In this document: positions 1 to 10,200 of the stretch, in pieces
Position numbering within the stretch: position 1 is the first letter of the stretch
Layout: each line of letters opens with the position of its first letter
NCBI GenBank assembly: GCA_964654795.1
Contig: CAZZKC010000001.1
Location: 10,028-74,027, forward strand
Source: an uncultured Puniceicoccaceae bacterium
GTDB lineage: Bacteria; Verrucomicrobiota; Verrucomicrobiia; Opitutales; Coraliomargaritaceae
Direction: 5' to 3'
Length of the DNA: 64,000 nt
Notes under the pieces: model-generated
Databases searched by the model: none
The model's input: only the letters and a program-made list of their open reading frames with translations
Told to the model about the DNA's origin: nothing
Program-made: the position numbers and the translations under genes

Positions 1-457
1 ATTTACTTAGAACATAGTTTGCGAGGTCCATCGATTTATCCGACTTAGCTCCGATACCAATCCGGTAGCGAAAAAAGTCTAAGCCGACTTGGGCAATGGT
101 GTCTGCGACACCATTGTGCCCTCCGCCACTTCCCTTTTGACTTAATTTTACTCGGCCAAGATCCAGCGTGATATCATCATAGATAACAAGAAGGGAGGCA
201 GCTTCAACTCTTCGATAGCGTAACACTGCACCGAGTGATCGGCCACTCGAATTCATGAAAGTTTGAGGCTTCACGAATAAAAGTTTTTGCCCCTGATATT
301 CAGCAACAGCAGTTTCAGCCTCAAATCGAGCTTCTGTTTTCCAACTAGAGCCCAGCTTGGACACCATTTTTTCAACAGCCTGAAATCCGATGTTGTGACG
401 GGTATTTCGGTATTTCAGTCCTGGATTTCCAAGACCTGCAATAACCGCGATGGACAT
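1..457 (-). CDS. pth: peptidyl-tRNA hydrolase (3' end cut by window edge)
   Basis: Own translation of the minus strand from the ATG at 457 gives MSIAVIAGLGNPGLKYRNTRHNIGF...SGGGHNGV, with the canonical Pth GLGNPG..Y..TRHN.GF motif. It lies directly downstream of L25/Ctc, as in the conserved ctc-pth pair. It is absent from the ORF track because it runs off the window. Confidence 0.9.
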   Translation of the reverse strand, partial: MSIAVIAGLGNPGLKYRNTRHNIGFQAVEKMVSKLGSSWKTEARFEAETAVAEYQGQKLLFVKPQTFMNSSGRSLGAVLRYRRVEAASLLVIYDDITLDLGRVKLSQKGSGGGHNGVADTIAQVGLDFFRYRIGIGAKSDKSMDLANYVLSK

Positions 458-472
458 TTGAAAGAACAAAGA

Positions 473-492
473 AAACGCAACTGAATGCGTTT
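473..492 (-). terminator. 7-bp stem-loop between rplY and pth (weak terminator/attenuator candidate)
   Basis: aaacgca-(6 nt)-tgcgttt pairs exactly. On the minus strand it is followed by a T-rich run (tctttgttcttt). The stem is short and AT-rich, so support is weak. Confidence 0.3.
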
Positions 493-507
493 CCCGGAAA
501 ATAAAAA

Positions 508-1152
508 TTACTCTTCGTCAGACTTCACTTTGGAAGCTGGCACCTCAGAAGAAGCTGCCGCTACTTCCTCTTCAGTTGTTTCAACAACTACTGTAGGCGC
601 TTGGCAAGACACGATTACCTGATCAGGCTCACCAGTAAACTCAACACCCTTGACGGCAGCAAGGTCTCGAATATGCACGGAATCTCCAACTTTAAGGTCA
701 GTCACATCCACCTCAATACATTCAGGCAATGCAGAAGGAATACAACGAATCTCAACTTCATGAGATGCATGATCGATCATACCACCCTCGTTTTTAACAC
801 CATAAGATTCTTTTTCACCATTGAGATGAACAGGAACCTGAGTAGTAAATGCCTCACCACGTGCAACTTCAAAGAAATCGATGTGGTCTACCCTAGCTTT
901 AATAGCATGATTCTGAACATCCTGAATCAGTGTCAGAGTTTTTTCACCTTTATCGTCGGCAAGCTCAATAAGGGCAGCACCTCCAGCGATCTCACGAGAA
1001 AGTGAACGAAAATCGACTGCAGAGACTGTAATGGAACGCGAGTTACCTTTGCTATATATACAAGCAGGGATATTACCTTCAGCGCGGAGACGACGCGCCA
1101 CTCCGCGACCAGTTTTTTCGCGGCAGACGACGTTGAGTTTGAATTGTTGCAT
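508..1152 (-). CDS. rplY: 50S ribosomal protein L25 / general stress protein Ctc
   Basis: The N-terminus MQQFKLNVVCREKTGRGVARRLRAEGNIPACIY is typical of L25/Ctc, and the acidic C-terminal tail is typical of Ctc-type L25. Start placed at the internal ATG at 1152 rather than the ORF-track start at 1191. Confidence 0.9.
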   Translation of the reverse strand: MQQFKLNVVCREKTGRGVARRLRAEGNIPACIYSKGNSRSITVSAVDFRSLSREIAGGAALIELADDKGEKTLTLIQDVQNHAIKARVDHIDFFEVARGEAFTTQVPVHLNGEKESYGVKNEGGMIDHASHEVEIRCIPSALPECIEVDVTDLKVGDSVHIRDLAAVKGVEFTGEPDQVIVSCQAPTVVVETTEEEVAAASSEVPASKVKSDEE

Positions 1153-1378
1153 GACCTTGAGAAGTAGTTTTCTAGAAGTGTTCGGACCCATCTACCGAGA
1201 TGCTCGGAACATGAGAAAACCGCGCACAATAAAATAGCGACAACGAAAAGCAACCCTAAGTTTTAGCATTTTTCGAGAATCAATGCCTTTTCTTTTAAAA
1301 CAGATTTAACGAGAATCAGCTCGCTAAGAGGACCCAAATTTCATTTAAGGTATCGACCTTAAAGACAACCGCTCCTAC

Positions 1379-2587
1379 ATGGCTCAAGACCCAACCCCAG
1401 AAATAACACCCGACAGGTTAAAGACTCTATGTGAAATACCATTTGATGAGGCGCCGACTCCATCATACGTCGTGCACATGAAACGGCTGGAAGAGAATGC
1501 ACAGATTCTCAAAGCAGTTTCCGACGCCAGTGGAGCTAAAATACTATTGGCTCTCAAAGGGTTTGCATGCCACAGCACCTTTCCACTCCTAAAACGCTAC
1601 CTCGCAGGAACCACCTCCAGTGGACTCCACGAAGGACTGCTAGCCCAAGAACTATTCGGCAAAGAAGTACACATTTATTCTACTGCGTTTAAACCGCATG
1701 AGGTCAGACATCTCGCACACTTCGCTCATAGCCTCGTCTTCAACTCAACCAGACAACTCTCCGACGCAATCAACCTACTCAAAGGCCAAAGGAGTCCAGA
1801 ACTAGGCCTTCGCGTAAACCCAGAATACTCGGAAGTAGACACCGAGATGTATGCACCCTGCGCACCTGAATCCAGATTAGGCCTTACACGTGAGGCACTG
1901 GACAAGAGCATAAAAGATTTACCGAAAACGCTCATCGACTCACTAGATGGCCTTCATTTCCACGCTTTATGTGAGCAAGACTCCGATGCACTCGAAGCAA
2001 CTGCAAAAGCATTTGAAAAAAAATTCGATGATCTCATCCCTCATATGAAGTGGCTAAACTTCGGAGGAGGGCACCATATAACAAGACCTGGTTACGATTT
2101 AGATCGGTTAAACGCGATTGTAACCTATTTCAGAGAAAAATATGCAGTCGATATTTACTTGGAACCGGGCGAAGCAATCGCACTGCACACCGGAGTCCTG
2201 ATTACCTCCGTTGTTGATATTGTCGAAGCTGGCGATTGCATGATCGCCCTCCTCGACACCTCAGCGACCTGCCACATGCCAGACATATTAGAAATGCCCT
2301 ATCGCGCAAATGTTCTAAACGCGTCGCTCCCAGGCGAAAATCAATACACTTACAGGCTAGGCGGCATGTCATGCCTCGCGGGCGATATTATCGGAGACTA
2401 TTCATTCAAATATCCCTTGGAAATTGGACAAAGGATTGTTTTTCTTGATATGGCACATTACACCATGGTTAAAAATACTACATTCAATGGTGTCCCACTA
2501 CCTTCAATTTGTCTTTATTCCGAAGACTCAGGCTTGCAAATCATACGTTCCTTTGGGTATGAAGACTATAGAAACCGACTTTCTTAG
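1379..2587 (+). CDS. nspC: carboxynorspermidine/carboxyspermidine decarboxylase
   Basis: 402 aa. PSYVVHMKRLEENAQILKAVSDASGAKILLALKGF...TTSSGLHE resembles the NspC family (alanine-racemase-fold PLP decarboxylase). Length fits. Confidence 0.8.
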   Translation: MAQDPTPEITPDRLKTLCEIPFDEAPTPSYVVHMKRLEENAQILKAVSDASGAKILLALKGFACHSTFPLLKRYLAGTTSSGLHEGLLAQELFGKEVHIYSTAFKPHEVRHLAHFAHSLVFNSTRQLSDAINLLKGQRSPELGLRVNPEYSEVDTEMYAPCAPESRLGLTREALDKSIKDLPKTLIDSLDGLHFHALCEQDSDALEATAKAFEKKFDDLIPHMKWLNFGGGHHITRPGYDLDRLNAIVTYFREKYAVDIYLEPGEAIALHTGVLITSVVDIVEAGDCMIALLDTSATCHMPDILEMPYRANVLNASLPGENQYTYRLGGMSCLAGDIIGDYSFKYPLEIGQRIVFLDMAHYTMVKNTTFNGVPLPSICLYSEDSGLQIIRSFGYEDYRNRLS

Positions 2588-2770
2588 CTGATATTCAATC
2601 CGAAAACCCGAAAAATACTTAACTTTGTCTGCACAAAAAACAACTCTGACGAAACAAAGCTTCGGGCTCGGTATCATTTTACTTTTACTGACATTGGCTT
2701 CAATTCTTACAGTATTTGACCTTCGCCAAAAAACTAATAGCGCTTCCCCTGAAGTCGCAGCATCCCCGAA

Positions 2771-3886
2771 ATGAAGATTGAAGATCATTCATTTATAAAG
2801 AGTGTTTCGCCAAGTCGACGCGAAGAAGTCATCGATGAAATCGAGATACTTCAGCTCGAACCTGGGCAAATTATCTTTAAAGAGCAAAGCTATCCAGATG
2901 CACTTTTTATAATACTAGAAGGATCCGTCGTCTTCACAAAACCCAAAAGAGACGGAACATTTCAAGATATCAGCTCTTCAAAAGAAGGCTCATTTTTCGG
3001 TGAAGTTGGTGTCTTTACCGGAGAACTCAGAGCACTCGAAGCGCATGCTGAGACTAATTGTATAGTCGGGCGAGTTCCTGAAAAAACCGTCAAAAAAATC
3101 ATTGAAGACGCAGAACCCGTAAAGCGCATCCTCGAAAGCGTCATCCATCACCTTAAAAGCACGACCTCTCACTATGTAGACGAAGTTATGCGTACAGAGA
3201 AACGAGCACTTGTTGGCACAATGGTCTCGTCGATTCTTCACGACTTTAAAAATCCCTTTTCCATCATCAGCCTCGGAGCACATATCATCAGCCAACGATA
3301 CGGCGATGACCCTAAAACATCGCAAATTTGTAAAAATATTGAATCACAAATCCGGCGCATGGTTGATATGGCAAACGACCTCGCCGCATTCGGGCGCGGC
3401 GAAGAACAGATTGAAACGAACGAAATTTCTGTCGAAAAGTTATTCGATTATTTCGAAGACCTCAATAAACCATTCTTCAATAACAGGTCCGTAGAGGTTG
3501 AAATGGTAGCAAACGACTGCCACCTCATAGGTGACAGCGGCAAGCTAATCCGAGTTCTCCAGAATTTGATTACAAATGCCATCGAAGCGATCCACCACAC
3601 CGAGCATAAAGGGAAGATTCAAGTGGTTGCTAAAGAATTCGGCGATTGGATCAGGATTACAATAACAGACAATGGCCCAGGAATCCCTAAAGAAATTCAG
3701 AAGAACTTCTTTGAGCCCTTCGTTACTTTTGGAAAAACAGACGGCACTGGACTAGGAAGCGCTATCGTCGAGTCCATCATTGAAGCGCATGGAGGCACGG
3801 TGAGCTTCGAAACATCTACAGAAGGCACCACCTTCACAGTGCTGCTTCCAAAAAAACCACCGTTCAAAAAAACCGAAGAACAGTAG
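2771..3886 (+). CDS. cytoplasmic histidine kinase with N-terminal cyclic-nucleotide-binding domain
   Basis: cNMP-binding signature FGEVGVF...RALEAHAETNCIV, H-box LHDFKNPFS, and ATPase boxes NLITNAIEA, DNGPGIP, GTGLGSAIV. No transmembrane segment and no adjacent response regulator. Confidence 0.85.
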   Translation: MKIEDHSFIKSVSPSRREEVIDEIEILQLEPGQIIFKEQSYPDALFIILEGSVVFTKPKRDGTFQDISSSKEGSFFGEVGVFTGELRALEAHAETNCIVGRVPEKTVKKIIEDAEPVKRILESVIHHLKSTTSHYVDEVMRTEKRALVGTMVSSILHDFKNPFSIISLGAHIISQRYGDDPKTSQICKNIESQIRRMVDMANDLAAFGRGEEQIETNEISVEKLFDYFEDLNKPFFNNRSVEVEMVANDCHLIGDSGKLIRVLQNLITNAIEAIHHTEHKGKIQVVAKEFGDWIRITITDNGPGIPKEIQKNFFEPFVTFGKTDGTGLGSAIVESIIEAHGGTVSFETSTEGTTFTVLLPKKPPFKKTEEQ

Positions 3887-3910
3887 ACTCGGATCAGCCC
3901 GTTCAAACAA

Positions 3911-5206
3911 TTACGAACGAGAAGACTTGCAAACAACCGTAGCTGCAATCACACGGCGATCATCTACATCATCGATCTTTATCGATAGCTCGTTCAACCT
4001 AAAACTCTCCCCTTTCGCTGGGATACGCCCAAGCTCACCGGTAATCAATCCGCCAAAAGTTGAGACTTCATCATTCCCTATATCAACGCCCAGCACTTCC
4101 TCTACATCATGAATCGGGGTGAGGCCTGAGATACGGTACGAATTCGAACGCTTCAACGGAACAATTTGCTCCTCCTCCGTATCAAATTCATCCTGAATTT
4201 CCCCAACAAGCTCCTCAAGGATACTCTCCAAAGTCACCACGCCAACGATACCACCAAAATCATCAACGGCCAAAGCCATATGAAACTTCGCCCGTAACAT
4301 CCGCTCAAGAGCATCCTCAATAGGAGTTTCTAATGGAAAAATAGCGACCGGCCGCTTAAACTTCATGAGATTAATCTCTTCAAGCGGGCCTTCCCAACGA
4401 AAAATATCCTTAATATGGAGAATCCCAAAATACTCATCAAGATCTCCACGACAAAGCGGATACCTGGTATGCCCAGCACGCTTCATCTTCTCCAGATTCA
4501 CCTGTACAGGATCATTCATATCGCAAGCGACTACCTGACTACGGGGCAAAAGAACGTCTTGAACCACTAAGTCTTTAATTTGCAAAGTACGGCTAACAAT
4601 ACGACGCAAGATAGGAGATAGGCTTCCACTGTCTTCGCCCATCGCCCGTATTTGGACATCCAAGTCAAGGGGGTTTAACTCATCCTCAACATCAACTCCC
4701 AGACGGCGAAATAAGGCACACTTAAGAGACCGGAAAAGCAACATCACAGGAAATGTAATGAACTGAAAAACCAAAAGAACCCGATAGGATCTCAACAATC
4801 CTTTCACCGGATCCCGCATCGCCAAACCACGAGGAAAGATCTCTGCAAAAAAGAAATGCGCAGATAAAGCCAAAATAAAAGACACAGGGATGGCCAACCA
4901 ACGGCTTGGCGATACATCTGGACCAAATAAACCAAAAAAATCGCTCACCAACGGCATCAATAAGAGGCCTATTGCCACCGAACAAAGCGTCTTACTAAAC
5001 CGAACAACTCGCCCAGTCTGCTCACCATTATCGATCAAACGAGAAACACCCTTGATCTGTTTAAGTCCCGCTAAAGCATCCAAATCCCCTTCGCCATAAC
5101 GAAACTTCACGAGACTTATTTCGCACATCACCAAATAAGCACGTAATATCAGCATACAAACAACTGCCCCCATAGATAGGCCGAAACTAAAAAATGCTTC
5201 GCTCAT
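3911..5206 (-). CDS. CNNM/DUF21-CBS-CorC_HlyC family membrane protein (hemolysin/Mg-Co efflux-like)
   Basis: 431 aa with an N-terminal 4-TM region, a central CBS pair region and a CorC/HlyC-type C-terminus (ISGLTP...FGGLITGELGRIP). ATGA start/stop overlap with hisC at 5203-5206. Confidence 0.8.
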   Translation of the reverse strand: MSEAFFSFGLSMGAVVCMLILRAYLVMCEISLVKFRYGEGDLDALAGLKQIKGVSRLIDNGEQTGRVVRFSKTLCSVAIGLLLMPLVSDFFGLFGPDVSPSRWLAIPVSFILALSAHFFFAEIFPRGLAMRDPVKGLLRSYRVLLVFQFITFPVMLLFRSLKCALFRRLGVDVEDELNPLDLDVQIRAMGEDSGSLSPILRRIVSRTLQIKDLVVQDVLLPRSQVVACDMNDPVQVNLEKMKRAGHTRYPLCRGDLDEYFGILHIKDIFRWEGPLEEINLMKFKRPVAIFPLETPIEDALERMLRAKFHMALAVDDFGGIVGVVTLESILEELVGEIQDEFDTEEEQIVPLKRSNSYRISGLTPIHDVEEVLGVDIGNDEVSTFGGLITGELGRIPAKGESFRLNELSIKIDDVDDRRVIAATVVCKSSRS

Positions 5207-6318
5207 CGTACCAATACCGTCCCATCGGAAGACTTTATTGCATCCAAAGCATTCAAAAATCGTTCATTCTCCGAGCGCTGACCAATCGTGATTCGAATGT
5301 GATTAGGCAAACCATACGGAGCCAAAGGCCTGACAATGACACCTCGCCTCTGCAGCTCTTCAAATACCAGTTTGCCGTCACCCACAGCTGATAACACAAA
5401 ATTTGCCGCCCCTCCGACCGTTTTAAATCCTCTCTCTTCAAGCTCCTTCACTAAAAACAGCCGACCCTCCTCATTTTCAGTACGGCAATACTCAACGAAT
5501 CCAGTATCACTCAATGCAGCCTCAGCAGCAACCTGTGCAATCGTATTCACATTAAATGGCTGGCGAACACGGTGTAAAAGGCTAATTAATTCTGGATCAC
5601 CATACGCATAGCCTACACGAAGCCCGCCCAATCCATAAATCTTCGAAAAAGTCCGTAGGCAAACAACCCTGCGCCCCTTCTGTATCAACTGCCTCAAGTC
5701 CGGAGCATCCCTTACATACTCTGCATAAGCCTCATCCAAACAAAGTATCACATGCTCCGGCAACGCCTCAGCAAATCGTATTAATTCGGCTTCAGAATTC
5801 GCTACGCCCGTAGGATTATTAGGACTCGCCACAAAGACCAACCGCGTACGCTCGGTAACCGCGTTCAGCATCGCATCTAAATCGTGCCCAAACTCCTTCA
5901 TCGGCACTTCAACAGCAGTTGCACCAAAAAGCTTCGAAACCAACTTATAGACAATGAAAGCCTGCGAACCCATTACTGCCTCCACTCCAGAGTGAAGAAA
6001 CGCATGCCCAAGCAACTCCAAAAGCTCATTGGACCCATTCCCCACTAAAACCTGATCGGTTGAGACACCCCGAACCTCTGAAATCATCTGCCTCAAAGCA
6101 GTACACCCACCATCAGGATACAAATGAACCGCATTAAGAGCCTTTCCCGCAGCTGCAATCGCCTTCGGAGAAGGGCCAAATGGGTTTTCATTAGAAGCCA
6201 ATTTGGCGATATTTGAGGGATCGAGTCCAAATTCTCGGGCCACCATTTCGATAGGTTTCCCCGGCTCGTATACAGGTTGATCGAGCACTCCGACGTTCGC
6301 AAGTTGAGCGTATTTCAT
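5203..6318 (-). CDS. hisC: histidinol-phosphate aminotransferase
   Basis: LASNENPFGPSP motif, PLP-lysine context FSKIYGLGGLRVGY, 371 aa. Confidence 0.9.
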   Translation of the reverse strand: MKYAQLANVGVLDQPVYEPGKPIEMVAREFGLDPSNIAKLASNENPFGPSPKAIAAAGKALNAVHLYPDGGCTALRQMISEVRGVSTDQVLVGNGSNELLELLGHAFLHSGVEAVMGSQAFIVYKLVSKLFGATAVEVPMKEFGHDLDAMLNAVTERTRLVFVASPNNPTGVANSEAELIRFAEALPEHVILCLDEAYAEYVRDAPDLRQLIQKGRRVVCLRTFSKIYGLGGLRVGYAYGDPELISLLHRVRQPFNVNTIAQVAAEAALSDTGFVEYCRTENEEGRLFLVKELEERGFKTVGGAANFVLSAVGDGKLVFEELQRRGVIVRPLAPYGLPNHIRITIGQRSENERFLNALDAIKSSDGTVLVR

Positions 6319-6384
6319 TTATTTATAGGCTTTGACCTTGCGTTGCACAAATACGATTGCAACAAAAACCTGTCCTCAAAGATT

Positions 6385-7290
6385 ATGAAAATTTTACTTA
6401 CCGGAGCCTCCGGACTCCTTGGAAACGCCTACGCTGAAGCCGCAATTCGTCGCGGCCACGAAGTCATTGCGCTCACACACCAGAACGAACCCTCCGCGCA
6501 TGGACTGAATCGCTCAGTCCAGCTCAATGCCTCTAACCCCGAAGCACTCACACCGATTTGCCTCGAAATTTGGCCCGACGCCATCATCAACACCGCCGCC
6601 TTATCAAATCCGGCCGATGTCGAGGCCAAACCAAAACTCGCTCAAAAACTCAACGTCGAACTTCCCCGCCACCTTTCTCAATTATCTACTCATCTCGGAG
6701 CACGCTTTATTCACATCTCGACCGATATGGTTTTTGACGGACTGACTGACAAAGCATACCGGTCCACCGATATGCCCTGCCCGACTTCCCTCTATGGACA
6801 AACAAAACTCATGGCCGAACGAGAAGTCCTCGAACACAATCCAGAAGACCCAGTGGTCCTTAGAATCCCCATTCTAATGGGAAAAAGTCCCAGCGGACTT
6901 CGTAGTGTTCACGAAAAACTACTCAACGCCCTCAAAGCAGGCGAACAACTCAACTTATTTGCCGACGAAATTCGACAACCATGTTCAGCCTCCAACGTCG
7001 CCGAAGTCATGCTCGAACTAACCGAACGACGCGACCTACACGGTATTTTCCATTGGGCAGGCAGCGAGCAACTCAGCCGCCACGAGATGGGCATCCGTAT
7101 ACTCGAACATTTTAGACTGCCAACTGATTCCATTAAAGCAGTCCACAAAAAAGATTCACCAGAGTACGCATCACGACCAACCAATCTAACTTTCAACCTC
7201 CACCCTTTAGTCAACAAAGTGAAGACACGCCCCGTCAGCTTTCAGGAACAACTCGATGAACTGACCGAAATCCAACCTCTAAATTCCTAA
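6385..7290 (+). CDS. NAD(P)-dependent SDR, RmlD (dTDP-4-dehydrorhamnose reductase)-like
   Basis: MKILLTGASGLLG Rossmann motif and YGQTK (YxxxK). About 301 aa from the ATG at 6385; the ORF-track start at 6277 overlaps hisC and is rejected. No rmlABC nearby, so the substrate is unknown. Confidence 0.7.
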   Translation: MKILLTGASGLLGNAYAEAAIRRGHEVIALTHQNEPSAHGLNRSVQLNASNPEALTPICLEIWPDAIINTAALSNPADVEAKPKLAQKLNVELPRHLSQLSTHLGARFIHISTDMVFDGLTDKAYRSTDMPCPTSLYGQTKLMAEREVLEHNPEDPVVLRIPILMGKSPSGLRSVHEKLLNALKAGEQLNLFADEIRQPCSASNVAEVMLELTERRDLHGIFHWAGSEQLSRHEMGIRILEHFRLPTDSIKAVHKKDSPEYASRPTNLTFNLHPLVNKVKTRPVSFQEQLDELTEIQPLNS

Positions 7291-7302
7291 AAACGCTACC
7301 TC

Positions 7303-8019
7303 GTGTTAATCACTTTGCCAAATGCCTACGGAGACGCCACCACCAATATGGCCCTCGACTCGGCACTCCTACAAACAGTTCCCGAAAAGACTGTCATTTT
7401 TCGCCACTACGGTTGGGTCGAGCCAACCATAACATTTGGCTATAGCCAAAAACGAAATGAAGTAGAAAAACTCATCGGCAGCAATATAACACTCTGCCGC
7501 AGAGCAACTGGAGGGGGAATCGTGGACCATCGAGATGATTGGACTTATACCCTAATTCTCCATCACAATACATCTGCTGCTCAATACACTTCAACCCTTC
7601 TCTACCAACGTATCCATAAAGCAATCACACAGGCACTTTCTATACAAAAAGTAATAACAAAACTAGCACCCTGCCTTCGTAACTGTAAAGACACGCCAAA
7701 ACCGAGGCAACACTCAACCTCTCAATGCTTTCTAGCCCCTGTAACGAATGACGTGCTACTCACCAACGGCAAAAAAATCGCCGGAGCTGCCATGAAACGC
7801 TCACGATCCGGACTACTCATTCAAGGTTCCATCGATCGAACTAACCTACCTCTCAACTTTGACCTTGAGCACTTCACAAAATCACTCGAACACTCTCTCG
7901 CCAAGGGGATATCAATACCATTAGGTACTTTCAAAGATATCCGCACCCTTTTCGACCACAAAATCATCGCAGAACAGCGCAAAATATTCGAAAGCGCCGG
8001 TTGGCAAAATCGAAGATAA
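7303..8019 (+). CDS. biotin/lipoate A/B protein ligase family protein (LplA/LipB-like, catalytic domain only)
   Basis: RRATGGGIVDH motif (compare RR.SGGGAV.HD in LplA) and GKKIAGAAMK lysine motif. GTG start. Confidence 0.65.
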   Translation: MLITLPNAYGDATTNMALDSALLQTVPEKTVIFRHYGWVEPTITFGYSQKRNEVEKLIGSNITLCRRATGGGIVDHRDDWTYTLILHHNTSAAQYTSTLLYQRIHKAITQALSIQKVITKLAPCLRNCKDTPKPRQHSTSQCFLAPVTNDVLLTNGKKIAGAAMKRSRSGLLIQGSIDRTNLPLNFDLEHFTKSLEHSLAKGISIPLGTFKDIRTLFDHKIIAEQRKIFESAGWQNRR

Positions 8020-8426
8020 CAAAAGCATCAGTAATCTAGTAAATTGATATTACATCTAAAATGCTGATTATTCAATCGAAGTGTAGGCATATCGATACGA
8101 TATGCTGCCCCAGTCACTACCTCCGAGAACTGTTCGAAACGCTCTAGTTTCAAAACTCCGCCACATAACCTTCCACTTAGAATAGGCAGACCTGAACCAC
8201 CTATCGGATTTACCCGTGCAATCCTGCCGTAGATAACATCAATATTTTCCTGTTTCAATAATTCATCGCAGATCTTCCACAAATGAAGCGTGCAAAAAGA
8301 ACAATCGCTTTTACGTCAACCAACAACACCATATCAGTGACGTAAATAATGAATTTTTAATTCCATCGCCTCCTTCATCGATGAATGATTGCCACTTACG
8401 TATTCATCGCATAGAAACCTCATACA

Positions 8427-9365
8427 ATGCAGCTGTCCCTAATCATACCGCTATGCAACGAAGAAGCCACTATTGAAACGCTCTTCGACAGCATCGCTAC
8501 AGTTATTCAGAAGAACGACCTCGGCTCATTCGAAGTCATTTTTATAGACGATGGCAGCACTGACAACTCATGGGATAACGTTACGCAACTCAAACAAAAA
8601 CATCCTGAAACTGTCCGAGCAGTCAGATTTCGCCGCAATCATGGCAAAGCAGCCGCACTCTCAGCTGGATTCGCTAGAGCACTTGGAGATATCATCATTA
8701 CGATGGACGCCGACCTTCAAGACGATCCAGAAGAAATCCCCGCCTTTCTCAAAAAACTAGAAGAAGGGTACGATGTCGTTTCAGGCTGGAAAAAACTCCG
8801 CAAAGACCCGCTCGGAAAGACACTCCCATCACGAGTATTCAACTGGGCAACTCGAGCGGCATCAGGCGTAGCACTTCACGACTTTAACTGTGGATTCAAA
8901 GCCTATAGAGCTGAATCAGTCACGCAATTAGAGCTCTATGGCGAACTCCATCGCTACATACCAGTCTTACTGGCAGCCGACGGATTTACGATTTCCGAAA
9001 TCCCTGTTGAACATCATAGAAGAACTTTTGGAGTCTCCAAATATGGCTGGAACCGCTTGATCAAGGGCGGACTTGATTTAATCACTGTGATTGTAATCAC
9101 CCGATATTTGAAGCGACCAGGGCATTTTTTTGGCGGATTTGGGCTAGTTAGTGGCGGAATCGGATTCGTGATTCTAAGTTTTCTTTCGATTCAAAAAATC
9201 ATCTTCGGAATCGGGATCAACAATCGCCCGTTGTTCTTTCTGGGTATCCTGCTGGTTCTCATGGGAGTACAACTGGTATCAACTGGTCTAATCGGTGAAC
9301 TCATAAACTTCAGCAAGCAAACCTCAACAACTTCCCGGGTGAGCCCCGAATCTGAGACCCTTTAA
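8427..9365 (+). CDS. GT2 polyprenyl-phosphate glycosyltransferase (GtrB/ArnC/DPM1-like)
   Basis: IIPLCNEE, DDGSTD and DADLQDDP (DxD) motifs. Two C-terminal transmembrane helices, typical of lipid-phosphate sugar synthases. Confidence 0.85.
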   Translation: MQLSLIIPLCNEEATIETLFDSIATVIQKNDLGSFEVIFIDDGSTDNSWDNVTQLKQKHPETVRAVRFRRNHGKAAALSAGFARALGDIIITMDADLQDDPEEIPAFLKKLEEGYDVVSGWKKLRKDPLGKTLPSRVFNWATRAASGVALHDFNCGFKAYRAESVTQLELYGELHRYIPVLLAADGFTISEIPVEHHRRTFGVSKYGWNRLIKGGLDLITVIVITRYLKRPGHFFGGFGLVSGGIGFVILSFLSIQKIIFGIGINNRPLFFLGILLVLMGVQLVSTGLIGELINFSKQTSTTSRVSPESETL

Positions 9366-9410
9366 CCTTCAAAGCCCTATAAGCTAAAACAGGAAGTCGG
9401 CTCTAAAAGC

Positions 9411-10100
9411 TTAGCGAAGGCCATATTTCATAATCGCATAAATTGCCCTTACACCGTCTCGCCAACCGATTTTTTTACCCTCATCGTAGGTTCTCCCATA
9501 ATAGGAAATACCAACCTCATAAATACGAACATTCATTTTCGAGACTTTAGCCGTTAATTCAGGCTCAACTCCAAACCGATTTTCTTCAATTTTGATTTTC
9601 GAAAGCACTTCTCTACGGAATACTTTATAGCAGCACTCCATATCACTTAAGTTTATATTTGTGAACATGTTACTCAATAATGTGAGAAACTTATTGCCTA
9701 ACATGTGCCAAAAGAACACGACTCGATGGGGCCCCCCTCCAATAAAACGAGACCCGAAAACAACATCCGCACGATCTTCGATAATTGGTCTAATGAGCCC
9801 AGGCAACTCTGCTGGATCATACTCTAGGTCAGCATCCTGAATTGCCACAATATCTCCGGTTGCAGCGGCAAAGCCCGTTCGCAACGCAGCCCCTTTTCCT
9901 TGATTCACTTCGTGAAAAAGCTTTTTAAAGACTGGTTCATCAAAACCTTCTCTCAGTAAATCTGTCGTTCCGTCTACCGAGAAATCATCCACTAAGATTA
10001 TTTCCTCGATATCCAGATCAGCCACCGAGCGCACACGCTCAATGATTTCATGTAGCGTCTCGCGCTCATTGTAGACAGGAATAACGATAGACACTTTCAT
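9411..10100 (-). CDS. GT2 glycosyltransferase (soluble, dolichyl-phosphate-mannose-synthase-like)
   Basis: [19 protein letters not shown] and QDADLEYDP motifs; 229 aa. Confidence 0.85.
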   Translation of the reverse strand: MKVSIVIPVYNERETLHEIIERVRSVADLDIEEIILVDDFSVDGTTDLLREGFDEPVFKKLFHEVNQGKGAALRTGFAAATGDIVAIQDADLEYDPAELPGLIRPIIEDRADVVFGSRFIGGGPHRVVFFWHMLGNKFLTLLSNMFTNINLSDMECCYKVFRREVLSKIKIEENRFGVEPELTAKVSKMNVRIYEVGISYYGRTYDEGKKIGWRDGVRAIYAIMKYGLR

Positions 10101-10200
10101 ATTATTCTAAAAAAACGAAGCTCAAGCCAGAGGCAACGATTAACGGAAATTCACTTCAAATGGGCAAAGCTAATCCTTCCAAAACTTATATTATGAATGC

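Noticed and set aside
287-484. 65-aa plus-strand ORF (TTG start) in the ORF track
   Set aside because: It lies antisense to the clearly recognisable pth gene, so it is a shadow ORF.
601-1005. 134-aa plus-strand ORF
   Set aside because: It is entirely antisense to rplY/ctc, with no recognisable motifs.
1344-1363. 8-bp/4-nt-loop hairpin tttaaggt-atcg-accttaaa 16 nt upstream of nspC as a riboswitch or regulatory element
   Set aside because: It is too short and AT-rich to infer function, and there is no extended conserved-looking structure around it.
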